A stretch of DNA of 64,000 nucleotides from Escherichia phage vB_EcoM_G29. Shown here piece by piece: positions 17,924-35,462 of the stretch (within the stretch, counting starts at the first letter, position 1; each line of letters begins with the position of its first letter). The stretch lies in sequence record MK327940.1; one strand, written 5' to 3'. Under the pieces are notes generated by a model. It did not search any database. It was not told where the DNA came from and saw nothing but the letters and a program-made list of their open reading frames with translations. The position numbers and the translations under genes were made by a program.

Positions 17924-20900
17924 CAGTAAAAGCACCTTCAGTCACTAGTCTCAGAATTTCCAAGTTATCCGCAAATCAGGTGCAAGTACGCTGGGATGAC
18001 GTTGGTGCTAATTTCTACTATTTTGTAGAAATCGCTGAGACAAAAACAGACTCGGGGGAAAATCTCCCGAGTGATCAATATCGTTGGATTAATTTAGGAT
18101 ATACAGCAAACAATAGTTTCTTTTTTGATGATGCTGATCCACTAACATCATACATCATTAGAGTAGCTACAGCTGCACAAGATTTTGAGCAATCTGATTG
18201 GGTTTATACGGAAGAGTTTGAAACTTTTGCTACGAATGCTTACACATTTCAAAACATGATTGAAATGCAATTAGCCAATAAATTCATTCAGGAAAAATTT
18301 ACTCTTAACAATTCTAATTATGTCAATTTTAATAATGACACTATAATGGCTGCATTGATGAATGAATCGTTCCAATTCAGCCCATCATATGTTGATGTTT
18401 CATCAATCAGTAATTTTATTATTGGTGAAAATGAGTATCATGAAATACAAGGTTCCATTCAGCAAGTATGTAAGGATATTAACCGAGTTTATTTGATGGA
18501 ATCAGAAGGGATTCTATATCTTTTTGAGCGTTATCAACCCGTGGTTAAAGTATCTAATGATAAAGGACAAACCTGGAAAGCTGTGAAGCTCTTCAATGAC
18601 CGTGTAGGATATCCTTTATCTAAGACAGTATATTACCAATCTGCGAACACAACATACGTTCTAGGATACGACAAGATTTTCTATGGCCGTAAATCGACTG
18701 ACGTTAGATGGTCAGCAGATGATGTCAGATTCAGTTCGCAGGATATAACATTTGCTAAACTTGGCGACCAGTTACATTTAGGATTTGATGTAGAAATCTT
18801 TGGTACTTATGCGACTTTACCAGCGAATGTATATCGTATAGCTGAAGCCATTACTTGTACGGATGATTATATCTATGTTGTTGCCAGAGATAAAGTTAGA
18901 TATATAAAAACGAGTAATGCACCTATAGATTCTGACCCGTTATCACCAACATACTCGGAAAGACTTTTTGAACCTGATACAATGACTATAACTGGAAATC
19001 CTAAAGCAGTATGCTATAAAATGGATTCTATCGGTGATAAAGTTTTTGCTCTTATTATTGGTGAAGTTGAAACATTAAATGCCAATCCGAGAATTTCAAA
19101 AATAATTGATTCTGCTGATAAAGGAATATATGTTTTAAATCATGACGAAAAAACATGGAAAAGAGTTTTCGGTAATACCGAAGAAGAAAGAAGACGTATT
19201 CAACCTGGATACGCAAACATGTCAACTGACGGTAAATTAGTTTCTCTGTCTTCGAGTAATTTTAAATTTTTAAGTGATAATGTTGTTAATGACCCTGAAA
19301 CTGTAGCAAAATATCAGTTAATCGGTGCCGTTAAATATGAATTTCCTCGTGAATGGTTAGCTGATAAGCATTATCATATGATGGCATTTATAGCGGATGA
19401 AAAATCTGATTGGGAGACTTTTACTCCTCAACCAATGAAATACTACGCAGAACCGTTCTTTAATTGGTCTAAAAAATCTAACACACGCTGTTGGATAAAC
19501 AACTCTAATAGAGCTGTAGTAGTTTATGCTGATTTAAAATACACTAAAGTTATAGAAAATATTCCGGAAACATCACCAGATAGATTAGTTCATGAATACT
19601 GGGATGATGGTGATTGTACGATAGTAATGCCAAATGTTAAATTCACGGGATTTAAAAAATATGCGTCTGGGATGCTTTTTTATAAATCTTCTGGTGAAAT
19701 AATTTCTTACTATGATTTTAACTATCGTGTGAGAGATACAGTAGAAATTATTTGGAAGCCGACTGGAGTATTTTTAAAAGCATTTTTACAAAACCAAGAG
19801 CATGAGACTCCTTGGTCACCAGAAGAAGAGCATGGATTAGCTGATCCTGATTTAAGACCATTAATTGGCACAATGATGCCTGATTCTTATTTGTTGCAGG
19901 ATTCGAATTTTGAGGCATTTTGCGAAGCATATATTCAGTATCTTTCTGATGGATATGGAACTCAGTATAACAATTTACGAAATTTAATTCGTAACCAATA
20001 TCCACGAGAAGAGCATGCGTGGGAATATTTGTGGTCAGAGATATATAAAAGAAACATTTATTTAAATGCTGATAAACGTGATGCTGTTGCGAGATTCTTT
20101 GAATCACGTAGCTATGATTTTTATTCTACTAAAGGAATTGAAGCATCATACAAGTTTCTTTTTAAAGTTCTTTATAATGAAGAAGTTGAAATTGAAATTG
20201 AATCTGGGGCCGGTACTGAATATGACATAATCGTTCAATCTGATTCTTTGACTGAAGATTTAGTAGGACAAACGATTTATACGGCAACAGGAAGATGTAA
20301 TGTTACTTATATAGAAAGAAGTTATTCTAATGGTAAATTGCAATGGACCGTAACTATTCATAATCTTTTGGGAAGATTAATTGCTGGTCAAGAAGTTAAA
20401 GCAGAAAGACTCCCTAGTTTTGAAGGCGAAATTATTCGTGGAGTTAAAGGAAAGGATTTGCTTCAAAACAATATAGACTATATTAATAGAAGTAGATCAT
20501 ACTATGTAATGAAAATTAAATCCAATTTACCTTCTTCCCGCTGGAAATCTGACGTTATTCGTTTTGTTCATCCAGTAGGATTTGGATTTATAGCAATTAC
20601 CCTTTTAACGATGTTTATTAATGTTGGTTTAACTCTTAAACACACAGAGACAATAATTAATAAATATAAAAACTATAAATGGGATTCTGGATTGCCTACT
20701 GAATATGCTGATAGAGTAGCTAAATTAACTCCAACCGGTGAAATTGAGCATGATTCAGTAACAGGCGAAGCAATTTATGAGCCTGGCCCAATGGCTGGTG
20801 TAAAATATCCTCTTCCTGATGACTATAATGCTGAAAATAGTAATTCAATATTTCAAGGTCAATTGCCTTCTGAACGACGCAAGTTAATGAGTCCTCTATT

Positions 20901-21018
20901 TGACGCATCTGGAACAACATTTGCACAGTTTAGGGATTTAGTTAATAAACGTCTAAAAGATAATATAGGAAATCCAAGAGACCCTGAAAATCCAACACAG
21001 GTTAAAATAGATGAATGA
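17920..21018 (+). CDS. 7: baseplate wedge protein gp7
   Basis: 1032 aa; T4 length and synteny. Confidence 0.92.
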   Translation: MTVKAPSVTSLRISKLSANQVQVRWDDVGANFYYFVEIAETKTDSGENLPSDQYRWINLGYTANNSFFFDDADPLTSYIIRVATAAQDFEQSDWVYTEEFETFATNAYTFQNMIEMQLANKFIQEKFTLNNSNYVNFNNDTIMAALMNESFQFSPSYVDVSSISNFIIGENEYHEIQGSIQQVCKDINRVYLMESEGILYLFERYQPVVKVSNDKGQTWKAVKLFNDRVGYPLSKTVYYQSANTTYVLGYDKIFYGRKSTDVRWSADDVRFSSQDITFAKLGDQLHLGFDVEIFGTYATLPANVYRIAEAITCTDDYIYVVARDKVRYIKTSNAPIDSDPLSPTYSERLFEPDTMTITGNPKAVCYKMDSIGDKVFALIIGEVETLNANPRISKIIDSADKGIYVLNHDEKTWKRVFGNTEEERRRIQPGYANMSTDGKLVSLSSSNFKFLSDNVVNDPETVAKYQLIGAVKYEFPREWLADKHYHMMAFIADEKSDWETFTPQPMKYYAEPFFNWSKKSNTRCWINNSNRAVVVYADLKYTKVIENIPETSPDRLVHEYWDDGDCTIVMPNVKFTGFKKYASGMLFYKSSGEIISYYDFNYRVRDTVEIIWKPTGVFLKAFLQNQEHETPWSPEEEHGLADPDLRPLIGTMMPDSYLLQDSNFEAFCEAYIQYLSDGYGTQYNNLRNLIRNQYPREEHAWEYLWSEIYKRNIYLNADKRDAVARFFESRSYDFYSTKGIEASYKFLFKVLYNEEVEIEIESGAGTEYDIIVQSDSLTEDLVGQTIYTATGRCNVTYIERSYSNGKLQWTVTIHNLLGRLIAGQEVKAERLPSFEGEIIRGVKGKDLLQNNIDYINRSRSYYVMKIKSNLPSSRWKSDVIRFVHPVGFGFIAITLLTMFINVGLTLKHTETIINKYKNYKWDSGLPTEYADRVAKLTPTGEIEHDSVTGEAIYEPGPMAGVKYPLPDDYNAENSNSIFQGQLPSERRKLMSPLFDASGTTFAQFRDLVNKRLKDNIGNPRDPENPTQVKIDE

Positions 21019-22015
21019 TTCAAGTGTTATCTATCGTGCGATAGTTACTTCAAAATTTAGAACAGAAAAAATGTTGAATTTTTATAATTCAATTGGGAGT
21101 GGTCCGGATAAAAACACTATCTTTATCACATTTGGAAGATCAGAACCGTGGTCATCAAATGAAAATGAGGTGGGCTTTGCTCCACCTTATCCAACTGATT
21201 CTGTATTGGGTGTAACTGACATGTGGACTCATATGATGGGAACCGTAAAGGTTCTTCCATCTATGCTTGACGCAGTTATTCCTCGTCGAGATTGGGGAGA
21301 TACTAGATATCCGGATCCATACACATTTAGAATTAACGATATTGTAGTGTGTAACTCAGCTCCTTACAACGCTACTGAATCAGGCGCAGGCTGGTTAGTA
21401 TATCGTTGTTTAGATGTTCCTGATACTGGAATGTGTTCAATTGCATCTTTAACTGATAAGGATGAATGCCTTAAATTAGGCGGAAAATGGACACCTTCTG
21501 TTAGGTCAATGACTCCTCCTGAAGGTCGAGGAGATGCTGAAGGAACAATTGAACCTGGGGACGGGTATGTATGGGAATATCTTTTTGAGATTCCACCCGA
21601 TGTATCTATAAATAGATGCACGAATGAATATATTGTGGTTCCTTGGCCTGAGGAATTAAAAGAAGACCCGACTAGATGGGGATATGAAGATAATCTCACT
21701 TGGCAACAAGATGATTTTGGATTAATTTACCGGGTTAAGGCAAATACTATCCGTTTTAAAGCATATTTAGATTCAGTTTATTTTCCTGATGCTGCATTGC
21801 CAGGAAATAAAGGATTTAGACAAATATCAATAATCACGAATCCTCTTGAAGCTAAAGCTCATCCAAATGACCCAAACGTTAAAGCTGAAAAGGATTATTA
21901 TGACCCAGAAGATTTAATGAGGCATTCGGGCGAAATGATTTATATGGAAAATAGGCCACCTATTATTATGGCAATGGATCAAACAGAAGAAATCAATATT
22001 CTGTTTACATTTTAA
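21011..22015 (+). CDS. 8: baseplate wedge protein gp8
   Basis: 334 aa; synteny; terminator hairpin plus T-run at 22021-22046. Confidence 0.92.
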   Translation: MNDSSVIYRAIVTSKFRTEKMLNFYNSIGSGPDKNTIFITFGRSEPWSSNENEVGFAPPYPTDSVLGVTDMWTHMMGTVKVLPSMLDAVIPRRDWGDTRYPDPYTFRINDIVVCNSAPYNATESGAGWLVYRCLDVPDTGMCSIASLTDKDECLKLGGKWTPSVRSMTPPEGRGDAEGTIEPGDGYVWEYLFEIPPDVSINRCTNEYIVVPWPEELKEDPTRWGYEDNLTWQQDDFGLIYRVKANTIRFKAYLDSVYFPDAALPGNKGFRQISIITNPLEAKAHPNDPNVKAEKDYYDPEDLMRHSGEMIYMENRPPIIMAMDQTEEINILFTF

Positions 22016-22020
22016 ATTAA

Positions 22021-22046
22021 GGGAGCCCATGGGCTCCCTTTTTCTT
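22021..22046 (+). terminator. Rho-independent terminator after gene 8
   Basis: gggagcccatgggctccc hairpin followed by tttttcttt; late promoter TATAAATA for gene 9 at 22047-22054. Confidence 0.7.
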
Positions 22047-22078
22047 TATAAATACTATAAACTCATAAGGAAACCGCT

Positions 22079-22945
22079 ATGTTCATTCAAGAACCAAAGA
22101 AATTGATTGATACCGGCGAAATTGGTAACGCTTCTACTGGTGATATCTTATTCGACGGTGGTAATAAAATTAATAGTGATTTTAACGCAATTTATAATGC
22201 GTTTGGCGATCAGCGTAAAATGGCAGTAGCAAATGGCACTGGAGCAGATGGTCAAATTATCCATGCTACTGGGTATTATCAAAAACACTCTATTACAGAG
22301 TACGCAACTCCAGTGAAAGTTGGCACTAGACATGATATTGATACCTCTACTGTAGGTGTTAAAGTTATTATTGAAAGAGGCGAACTCGGCGATTGTGTTG
22401 AATTCATTAACTCTAATGGATCAATATCAGTTACTAATCCTTTAACAATTCAAGCTATTGATTCAATTAAAGGTGTTTCAGGTAATTTAGTAGTAACTAG
22501 CCCATATAGTAAAGTAACTTTACGCTGTATTTCATCTGATAATTCTACATCGGTTTGGAATTATTCTATTGAAAGTATGTTTGGACAAAAGGAATCACCA
22601 GCTGAAGGTACATGGAATATTTCTACATCCGGATCAGTTGATATTCCACTATTTCATCGCACTGAATACAATATGGCTAAATTGTTAGTTACGTGCCAAT
22701 CGGTAGATGGAAGAAAAATTAAAACGGCAGAAATAAATATTCTTGTAGATGCTGTTAATTCAGAAGTCATTTCTTCTGAATATGCTGTCATGCGGGTTGG
22801 AAATGAAACAGAAGAAGACGAAATCGCTAATATTGCATTTAGTATTAAAGAAAATTATGTAACGGCAACTATAAGTTCTTCAATTGTCGGTATGAGAGCA
22901 GCAGTTAAAGTTATCGCTACGCAGAAAATCGGGGTGGCTCAATAA
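22079..22945 (+). CDS. 9: baseplate wedge / long tail fibre socket gp9
   Basis: 288 aa; synteny. Confidence 0.92.
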   Translation: MFIQEPKKLIDTGEIGNASTGDILFDGGNKINSDFNAIYNAFGDQRKMAVANGTGADGQIIHATGYYQKHSITEYATPVKVGTRHDIDTSTVGVKVIIERGELGDCVEFINSNGSISVTNPLTIQAIDSIKGVSGNLVVTSPYSKVTLRCISSDNSTSVWNYSIESMFGQKESPAEGTWNISTSGSVDIPLFHRTEYNMAKLLVTCQSVDGRKIKTAEINILVDAVNSEVISSEYAVMRVGNETEEDEIANIAFSIKENYVTATISSSIVGMRAAVKVIATQKIGVAQ

Positions 22946-24750
22946 TGAAACAAAATATTAATATCGGTAATGTTGTAGATGATGGTACCGGTGACTACCT
23001 GCGTAAAGGTGGTATAAAAATAAATGAAAACTTTGATGAGCTTTATTACGAGCTTGGTGATGGAGATGTTCCATATTCAGCCGGTGCCTGGAAAACTTAT
23101 AATGCTTCATCAGGACAAACATTAACAGCAGAATGGGGAAAATCATATGCTATTAACACTTCATCTGGAAGAGTAACTCTACAACTTCCTAAAGGAACCG
23201 TTAATGATTATAATAAAGTAATTAAAGCTAGGGATGTATTTGCAACATGGAATGTTAATCCAGTTACTCTAGTAGCCGCTTCTGGTGATACTATTAAAGG
23301 ATCATCGTCATCAGTTGAAATTAATGTTCAATTTAGCGATTTAGAGTTAGTTTATTGTGCTCCAGGACGTTGGGAATATGTCAAAAACAAACAAATTGAC
23401 AAAATTATTAGTTCAGATATTAGTAATGTAGCACGTAAAGAATTTTTAGTCGAAGTTCAAGGACAAACAGACTTTTTAGATGTTTTCCGCGGAACTAGCT
23501 ATAATGTTAATAACATCCGAGTAAAACACCGTGGTAATGAATTATATTACGGCGATGTATTTAGTGAAAACAGTGACTTTGGCTCTCCCGGAGAAAATGA
23601 AGGAGAATTGATTCCTCTTGATGGATTTAATATTAGGTTAAGACAGCCTTGTAATATTGGTGACACTGTTCAAATTGAAACATTTATGGATGGTGTATCA
23701 CAATGGAGAAGTTCATATACAAGACGCCAAATAAAAGTACTGGATTCAAAACTAACGTCAAAAACGTCTTTAGAAGGAAGTATTTACGTTACTGATTTAT
23801 CAACAATGAAATCAATTCCATTTTCTGCATTTGGATTAATTCCTGGAGAACCTATTAATCCTAATTCTCTTGAAGTTCGTTTTAATGGAATTTTACAACA
23901 ACAAGCTGGAACAGCAGGATATCCTCTGTTTTTGTGTGAAGGTGCTAACTCAGATACGCAAGCAGGATGTATATCTCTTGGTGGTGAATGGAAAGAATCG
24001 AACACAGATTATTCTATAGAATATGAAGATGGAAAACCTGTCAGTCTTTTATTTGATAGAAAATTTGAATCAGGTGATATAATCGTTATAACATGGTTTA
24101 ATAATGATTTAGGAACTCTTTTAGAAAAAGATGACATTATTGAATTAACTGATGACCGTTATGTTAGTAAAGGATCATCTACTGAAGTTACTGGGGATGT
24201 AGCCTTAACAGATTTTGATAAAATCGGTTGGCCAAATGTTGAAAAAGTTGATTCTTATACTAGAACGTATAATTCAATATCATCTATTTTCGACAGCATT
24301 TATCCTGTTGGTTCAATTTATGAAAATGCTATAAACCCAAATAATCCGGTGACTTATATGGGATTTGGTTCATGGAAATTATTTGGTAAAGGACAAGTTT
24401 TAGTAGGATGGAATGATGATGTTACGGATCCAAACTTTGCTTTAAACAATAATGATTTAGATTCTAGCGGAAATCCTTCACATACTGCCGGTGGAACAGT
24501 TGGTACAACATCAGTAACGCTTGAAAACGCAAATCTTCCTGCGACTAAAACTGATGAAAGAGTTTTAATTGAAGACGAAAATGGATCAGTTATTATTGGA
24601 GGATGTCAATATGACCCAGACGAAACTGGTCCTATATATACAAAATATCGTGAAGACTACGCAACAACAAACTCTTCACATACTCCTCCTACTAATATTA
24701 GTAATATTCAACCGTCTATTACTGTATACCGTTGGATAAGGATTGCATAA
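22945..24750 (+). CDS. 10: baseplate wedge protein gp10
   Basis: 601 aa; synteny. Confidence 0.92.
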   Translation: MKQNINIGNVVDDGTGDYLRKGGIKINENFDELYYELGDGDVPYSAGAWKTYNASSGQTLTAEWGKSYAINTSSGRVTLQLPKGTVNDYNKVIKARDVFATWNVNPVTLVAASGDTIKGSSSSVEINVQFSDLELVYCAPGRWEYVKNKQIDKIISSDISNVARKEFLVEVQGQTDFLDVFRGTSYNVNNIRVKHRGNELYYGDVFSENSDFGSPGENEGELIPLDGFNIRLRQPCNIGDTVQIETFMDGVSQWRSSYTRRQIKVLDSKLTSKTSLEGSIYVTDLSTMKSIPFSAFGLIPGEPINPNSLEVRFNGILQQQAGTAGYPLFLCEGANSDTQAGCISLGGEWKESNTDYSIEYEDGKPVSLLFDRKFESGDIIVITWFNNDLGTLLEKDDIIELTDDRYVSKGSSTEVTGDVALTDFDKIGWPNVEKVDSYTRTYNSISSIFDSIYPVGSIYENAINPNNPVTYMGFGSWKLFGKGQVLVGWNDDVTDPNFALNNNDLDSSGNPSHTAGGTVGTTSVTLENANLPATKTDERVLIEDENGSVIIGGCQYDPDETGPIYTKYREDYATTNSSHTPPTNISNIQPSITVYRWIRIA

Positions 24751-25409
24751 TGAGTTTACTTAATAATAAAGCGGGAGTTATTTCCCGCTTAGCAGATTTT
24801 CTTGGTTTTAGAACTAAGAAAAATGATATTTCGGTTATGAATAATCAGCCGGTAGGCGCTGTAACAATTTCACAAATAGCAAAAGGTTTTTATGACTCAA
24901 ATGTAGAATCTGCTATCAATGATGTTAGAAATATGGCAGAGCAACAGGTTGGAGCTGTATTAATTAATATAAGCGGCGTATCTCCTACTGGCGTGCAACA
25001 AACCGACTATTGGTCATTTGAAGGAACTGTTACTGATACTTCAGCCAAACCAGGTGACCCAGTTATTGTTAACATGTTTGGTATTCCAGTTAAAGCTACT
25101 AATGGAATGACTTCAATTGAATTTACTAGTGCCGTTAGAATAGCTCTACAGGAAATGGTTGTAAAATTTATTGCAATTGATTCATTTGAAGACCATCCTA
25201 CCATAGGGAATAAAATACAAGTTAAGTATTTAGATAACCAAGAACATATCTTAGAACAATACTCTGATAAAGGAATTACTTTCAAACAAGAAATAATTTC
25301 TCCTTCTAAACCCGGGTATGGAACTTGGCAATTATTAGGTGCGCAAACTGTTACGCTAGATAGTCACACACAACCTACAGTATTTTATTATTTTGAGAGA
25401 ATAGCATGA
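24750..25409 (+). CDS. 11: baseplate wedge / short tail fibre attachment gp11
   Basis: Start set at the ATG overlapping the gene 10 stop (taATGa), giving 219 aa as in T4. Confidence 0.88.
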   Translation: MSLLNNKAGVISRLADFLGFRTKKNDISVMNNQPVGAVTISQIAKGFYDSNVESAINDVRNMAEQQVGAVLINISGVSPTGVQQTDYWSFEGTVTDTSAKPGDPVIVNMFGIPVKATNGMTSIEFTSAVRIALQEMVVKFIAIDSFEDHPTIGNKIQVKYLDNQEHILEQYSDKGITFKQEIISPSKPGYGTWQLLGAQTVTLDSHTQPTVFYYFERIA

Positions 25410-26956
25410 GTAACAATACATATCAGCACGTATCAAATGAATCAAAATATGTTAAATTCGATCCAGTAGGATCGAATTTTCCTGGCACTGTTACGACAGT
25501 ACAGTCTGCATTATCAAAAATAAGTAATATCGGCGTAAATGGTATTCCTGATGCAACTATGGAAGTTAAAGGAATAGCAATGATTGCATCAGAGCAAGAG
25601 GTTTTAGATGGAACAAATAATTCTAAAATCGTTACACCAGCTACATTAGCAACAAGATTATTGTATCCAAATGCTACTGAAACTAAATATGGTTTAACGC
25701 GCTATTCAACAAATGAAGAAACATTAGAAGGCTCAGATAATAATTCATCAATAACGCCGCAAAAACTGAAATACCATACTGATGATGTGTTCCGAAATAG
25801 ATATTCATCTGAGTCATCAAACGGGGTTATTAAAATATCATCTACGCCTGCGGCTTTGGCTGGTGTTGATGATACTACGGCGATGACTCCGCTAAAAACC
25901 CAAAAACTCGCAATAAAATTAATTTCACAAATAGCTCCTTCCGAAGATACTGCATCAGAATCTGTGAGAGGTGTGGTTCAATTATCAACTGTTGCGCAAA
26001 CTCGTCAAGGAACTCTCCGCGAAGGATATGCAATTTCTCCGTATACCTTTATGAATTCTGTTGCAACACAAGAATATAAGGGTGTTATACGTTTAGGAAC
26101 ACAATCGGAAATTAACAGTAATTTAGGAGATGTTGCAGTAACAGGTGAAACACTAAATGGTCGAGGAGCTACTGGTTCTATGCGTGGAGTAGTTAAATTA
26201 ACGACGCAAGCCGGTATTGCCCCTGAAGGTGATAGTTCTGGAGCATTAGCGTGGAACGCAGATGTAATTAATACGCGTGGTGGACAAACTATTAATGGTT
26301 CTTTAAATTTAGACCATCTTACAGCAAATGGAATTTGGTCACGCGGTGGAATGTGGAAAAATGGCGATCAACCTGTTGCCACTGAAAGATATGCGTCCGA
26401 ACGAGTTCCGGTTGGAACTATTATGATGTTTGCGGGTGATTCAGCACCTCCAGGTTGGATTATGTGTCATGGTGGAACCGTGTCAGGTGACCAATTTCCT
26501 GATTATAGAAACGTAGTTGGAACAAGATTTGGTGGCGATTGGAATAATCCTGGCGTTCCTGATATGCGGGGTCTTTTCGTCAGAGGAGCTGGCACAGGCG
26601 GTCATATTTTAAATCAACGAGGACAAGATGGTTATGGAAAGGATAGACTTGGCGTAGGATGTGACGGAATGCATGTTGGTGGTGTTCAAGCACAACAAAT
26701 GTCATACCATAAACACGCCGGTGGTTGGGGGGAATATAACAGAAGTGAAGGCCCATTTGGCGCGTCTGTTTATCAAGGATATCTTGGAACTAGAAAATAT
26801 GCCGACTGGGATAATGCTTCATACTTCACTAATGATGGATTTGAATTAGGCGGACCGAGAGATGCCCTTGGTACACTTAATCGTGAAGGATTAATTGGTT
26901 ATGAAACTAGACCATGGAATATATCATTAAACTATATTATTAAAGTTCATTACTAA
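25406..26956 (+). CDS. 12: short tail fibre gp12
   Basis: 516 aa; synteny. Confidence 0.9.
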   Translation: MSNNTYQHVSNESKYVKFDPVGSNFPGTVTTVQSALSKISNIGVNGIPDATMEVKGIAMIASEQEVLDGTNNSKIVTPATLATRLLYPNATETKYGLTRYSTNEETLEGSDNNSSITPQKLKYHTDDVFRNRYSSESSNGVIKISSTPAALAGVDDTTAMTPLKTQKLAIKLISQIAPSEDTASESVRGVVQLSTVAQTRQGTLREGYAISPYTFMNSVATQEYKGVIRLGTQSEINSNLGDVAVTGETLNGRGATGSMRGVVKLTTQAGIAPEGDSSGALAWNADVINTRGGQTINGSLNLDHLTANGIWSRGGMWKNGDQPVATERYASERVPVGTIMMFAGDSAPPGWIMCHGGTVSGDQFPDYRNVVGTRFGGDWNNPGVPDMRGLFVRGAGTGGHILNQRGQDGYGKDRLGVGCDGMHVGGVQAQQMSYHKHAGGWGEYNRSEGPFGASVYQGYLGTRKYADWDNASYFTNDGFELGGPRDALGTLNREGLIGYETRPWNISLNYIIKVHY

Positions 26957-26965
26957 GGATTACAA

Positions 26966-28423
26966 ATGATTGAATTAAAAGATTTACCTTTTGTTGATAG
27001 CGTTCCTGATGAAGGTCAGGAACGTATTTCATGGATTAAAAATGGTGAAGAAATACTAGGAGCTAGCACTAAGTATGGAAACGATGGATCAATGAATAGA
27101 CCAATTGTTTCCGTGTTTAAAAATGTTGAGGTTCTTGACGAAAATATAGGAATTCTTAAAACTGCCATTGAAACATCGCAGAAAGATATTAAAACAATTC
27201 AAGGAGTTTTAGATGTATCAGGAGATATAGAAGCACTATCGCAGATCAGTGTTAATAAAAATGACATATCAAATTTAAAGACACTTACTAATGAACACAC
27301 TGATATATTAACTGGAACTAATAATACAGTTGACAAAATTATTGCTGATATAGGTCCATTTAATGATGAAGAAAACTCTGTTTATAGAACAATTAGAAAT
27401 GATTTATTGTGGATTAAACAAGAACTAGGGCAATATTCTGGCCAAGACATTAACGGTCTTCCTGTTGTTGGTAATGCTAGCACAGGAATGAAACATAGAA
27501 TAATAACAAATAGTACATTATTATCTTCACAAGGCATTCGTTTAAGTGAATTAGAAAATAAATTTACTGAATCTGACGTAGGATCATTGACGGTTGAAGT
27601 TGGTAAATTACGCGATGAACTTGGTAATAAACCAGTAGATTTTGGACCAAATATTTATAATAGATTAAACACTATAGATGATAAACAAACTTTAATAAAT
27701 TCTGATATAGCAGAAATTAAATCTTCTATTGGATACCCAGAAAATGTTTCTATAATAACAGAAATTAATAATAACAAAAGTAGCATTGAATCTATTAATA
27801 ATGAATTAAATCAGAGTGAAGGTGTTAAACAGCGCTTAACGGCTATTGAAACTTCTATAGGTTCAGATGATATTCCTTCTAGTATTAAAGGAAAAATTAA
27901 AAATCACACAACTTCTATTGAGTCTTTAAACGGAATTGTTGGTGAAAACACTTCGTCTGGTTTAAGAGCGAATGTTTCGTGGTTAAATCAAATTGTTGGA
28001 ACTGACTCCAGCGGAGGACAACCGTCTCCTTCTGGATCTCTATTAAATAAAGTTTCAGTGCTTGAAGGAGAAGTTTCAGTTTTAAACAATAATGTTCAAA
28101 ATATACAAGTTGAAATAGGAAATAATAGAACAGGAATTAAAGGTCAAGTTATTGAACTTACTTCACTTATAAATGGAAATAATCCTGACGGATCAACTGT
28201 TGAAGAACGAGGATTAACTAATTCTATAAAAACGAATGAAACTAACATTGCGGCAGTCACGCATGAAGTAAATACAGCTAAAGACAATATATCCTCTTTA
28301 CAGAGCAGCGTTCAAGCTCTACAAGAAGCGGGTTATATTCCTGAAGCTCCAAAAGATGGCCAAGCTTACGTTCGTAAAGACGGCGAATGGGTACTACTTT
28401 CTACCTTTTTATCACCAGCATAA
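26966..28423 (+). CDS. wac: fibritin (whisker)
   Basis: 485 aa coiled-coil protein ending ...[27 protein letters not shown] (foldon-like C-terminus). Confidence 0.93.
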   Translation: MIELKDLPFVDSVPDEGQERISWIKNGEEILGASTKYGNDGSMNRPIVSVFKNVEVLDENIGILKTAIETSQKDIKTIQGVLDVSGDIEALSQISVNKNDISNLKTLTNEHTDILTGTNNTVDKIIADIGPFNDEENSVYRTIRNDLLWIKQELGQYSGQDINGLPVVGNASTGMKHRIITNSTLLSSQGIRLSELENKFTESDVGSLTVEVGKLRDELGNKPVDFGPNIYNRLNTIDDKQTLINSDIAEIKSSIGYPENVSIITEINNNKSSIESINNELNQSEGVKQRLTAIETSIGSDDIPSSIKGKIKNHTTSIESLNGIVGENTSSGLRANVSWLNQIVGTDSSGGQPSPSGSLLNKVSVLEGEVSVLNNNVQNIQVEIGNNRTGIKGQVIELTSLINGNNPDGSTVEERGLTNSIKTNETNIAAVTHEVNTAKDNISSLQSSVQALQEAGYIPEAPKDGQAYVRKDGEWVLLSTFLSPA

Positions 28424-28454
28424 CATGGGGCCTTGCGGCCCCAAAGGATTTTAA

Positions 28455-30156
<1,702 letters not shown>

Positions 30157-30197
30157 TAAATATTATAAACTAATTAAAGCCCAGATTAGGAGAAATC

Positions 30198-33338
<3,141 letters not shown>

Positions 33339-33366
33339 TATTAAAGCATATTAAAGAGGATTAAAA

Positions 33367-35346
33367 ATGACTTTATTATCTCCGGGCATTGAGCTCAAAG
33401 AAACTACGGTTCAAAGCACCGTGGTTAATAACTCTACTGGTACAGCAGCTTTGGCCGGTAAATTCCAGTGGGGTCCTGCTTTTCAGATTAAACAGGTTAC
33501 AAACGAAGTAGATTTAGTTAATACTTTTGGTCAACCTACAGCTGAAACTGCTGACTATTTTATGTCTGCAATGAATTTCTTACAATATGGAAATGATTTG
33601 CGAGTTGTGCGCGCTGTCGATAGAGATACCGCTAAAAACTCATCTCCGATTGCTGGTAATATTGAATACACAATTTCTACCCCAGGTAGTAACTACGCGG
33701 TTGGAGATAAAATCACGGTCAAATATGTTTCAGAAGATGTTGAAACAGAAGGTAAAATTACCGAAGTAGATGCTGATGGAAAAATTAAGAAAATTAATAT
33801 TCCTACTGCAAAAATTATTGCTAAAGCTAAAGAAGTTGGCGAATACCCAACATTAGGTTCTAACTGGACTGCAGAAATTTCTTCTTCATCTTCCGGTTTA
33901 GCTGCAGTAATAACTCTTGGAAAAATTATTACTGATTCCGGTATTTTATTAGCTGAAATCGAGAGCGCTGAAACTGCTATGACAGCAGTTGATTTTCAGG
34001 CAAATCTTGAAAAATATGGAATTCCAGGAGTAGTAGCTCTCTATCCAGGCGAATTAGGCGATAAAATTGAAATTGAAATCGTATCTAAAGCTGACTATGC
34101 GAAAGGCGCTTCTGCATTACTGCCAATTTATCCAGGTGGTGGTACTCGTGCATCTACTGCCAAGGCAGTATTTGGATATGGGCCGCAGACTGACTCACAG
34201 TACGCTATTATAGTTCGTCGAAATGATGCTATTGTTCAAAGCGTTGTTCTTTCAACTAAGCGTGGTGAAAAAGATATTTACGATAGTAACATCTATATTG
34301 ATGACTTTTTCGCAAAAGGTGGTTCAGAATATATTTTCGCAACTGCGCAAAACTGGCCAGAAGGCTTCTCTGGAATTTTAACTCTGTCTGGTGGATTATC
34401 ATCAAATGCTGAAGTAACAGCAGGAGATTTGATGGAAGCTTGGGACTTCTTTGCTGACCGCGAATCTGTTGACGTTCAGTTGTTTATTGCGGGTTCTTGT
34501 GCCGGTGAATCTCTTGAAACAGCATCTACTGTCCAAAAACATGTTGTTTCAATTGGTGATGCTCGTCAAGATTGCTTAGTATTGTGCTCACCTCCGCGTG
34601 AAACTGTAGTTGGAATTCCTGTAACTCGTGCAGTAGATAATTTAGTTAACTGGAGAACTGCAGCAGGTTCATACACTGATAATAACTTTAATATCAGTTC
34701 AACCTACGCAGCAATTGATGGTAACTACAAATATCAGTATGACAAATATAATGATGTGAATCGTTGGGTTCCATTAGCAGCTGATATTGCTGGTTTATGC
34801 GCAAGAACTGATAACGTATCTCAGACTTGGATGTCTCCAGCTGGTTATAATCGTGGCCAGATTCTTAACGTTATTAAACTTGCTATTGAAACTCGCCAAG
34901 CTCAGCGCGACCGTTTATACCAAGAAGCTATTAATCCAGTAACTGGTACAGGTGGCGATGGTTACGTATTGTATGGTGATAAAACAGCTACTTCTGTTCC
35001 TTCTCCATTTGATCGTATTAACGTTCGTCGTCTGTTTAATATGTTGAAAACGAATATCGGACGTAGTTCAAAATATCGTTTGTTCGAATTAAACAACGCG
35101 TTTACTCGTTCATCATTCCGCACAGAAACTGCCCAATACTTACAGGGAATTAAAGCTCTCGGTGGAATTTATGAATATCGTGTAGTTTGCGATACAACAA
35201 ATAACACTCCGTCAGTAATTGATAGAAATGAGTTTGTTGCAACATTCTACATTCAACCGGCTAGAAGCATTAACTACATTACCTTGAACTTCGTAGCAAC
35301 TGCTACTGGTGCAGATTTCGATGAGTTAACTGGTCTTGCTGGTTAA
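33367..35346 (+). CDS. 18: tail sheath protein gp18
   Basis: 659 aa; synteny. Confidence 0.95.
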   Translation: MTLLSPGIELKETTVQSTVVNNSTGTAALAGKFQWGPAFQIKQVTNEVDLVNTFGQPTAETADYFMSAMNFLQYGNDLRVVRAVDRDTAKNSSPIAGNIEYTISTPGSNYAVGDKITVKYVSEDVETEGKITEVDADGKIKKINIPTAKIIAKAKEVGEYPTLGSNWTAEISSSSSGLAAVITLGKIITDSGILLAEIESAETAMTAVDFQANLEKYGIPGVVALYPGELGDKIEIEIVSKADYAKGASALLPIYPGGGTRASTAKAVFGYGPQTDSQYAIIVRRNDAIVQSVVLSTKRGEKDIYDSNIYIDDFFAKGGSEYIFATAQNWPEGFSGILTLSGGLSSNAEVTAGDLMEAWDFFADRESVDVQLFIAGSCAGESLETASTVQKHVVSIGDARQDCLVLCSPPRETVVGIPVTRAVDNLVNWRTAAGSYTDNNFNISSTYAAIDGNYKYQYDKYNDVNRWVPLAADIAGLCARTDNVSQTWMSPAGYNRGQILNVIKLAIETRQAQRDRLYQEAINPVTGTGGDGYVLYGDKTATSVPSPFDRINVRRLFNMLKTNIGRSSKYRLFELNNAFTRSSFRTETAQYLQGIKALGGIYEYRVVCDTTNNTPSVIDRNEFVATFYIQPARSINYITLNFVATATGADFDELTGLAG

Positions 35347-35381
35347 TACGGTGCATTCTAAAGGCCTGTTTCGGCAGGCCA

Positions 35382-35448
35382 TATAAATACACTATATCCT
35401 TAATTCTTTAATTCTATATGCCCTAGGTTAAACATAGGGATATAAATA
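35382..35448 (+). promoter_or_regulatory. two T4 late promoters (TATAAATA at 35382-35389 and 35441-35448) for gene 19
   Basis: Exact matches to the late consensus; preceded by hairpin ggcctg/caggcc at 35363-35380. Confidence 0.75.
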
Positions 35449-35462
35449 CTACAGAGGCTAAT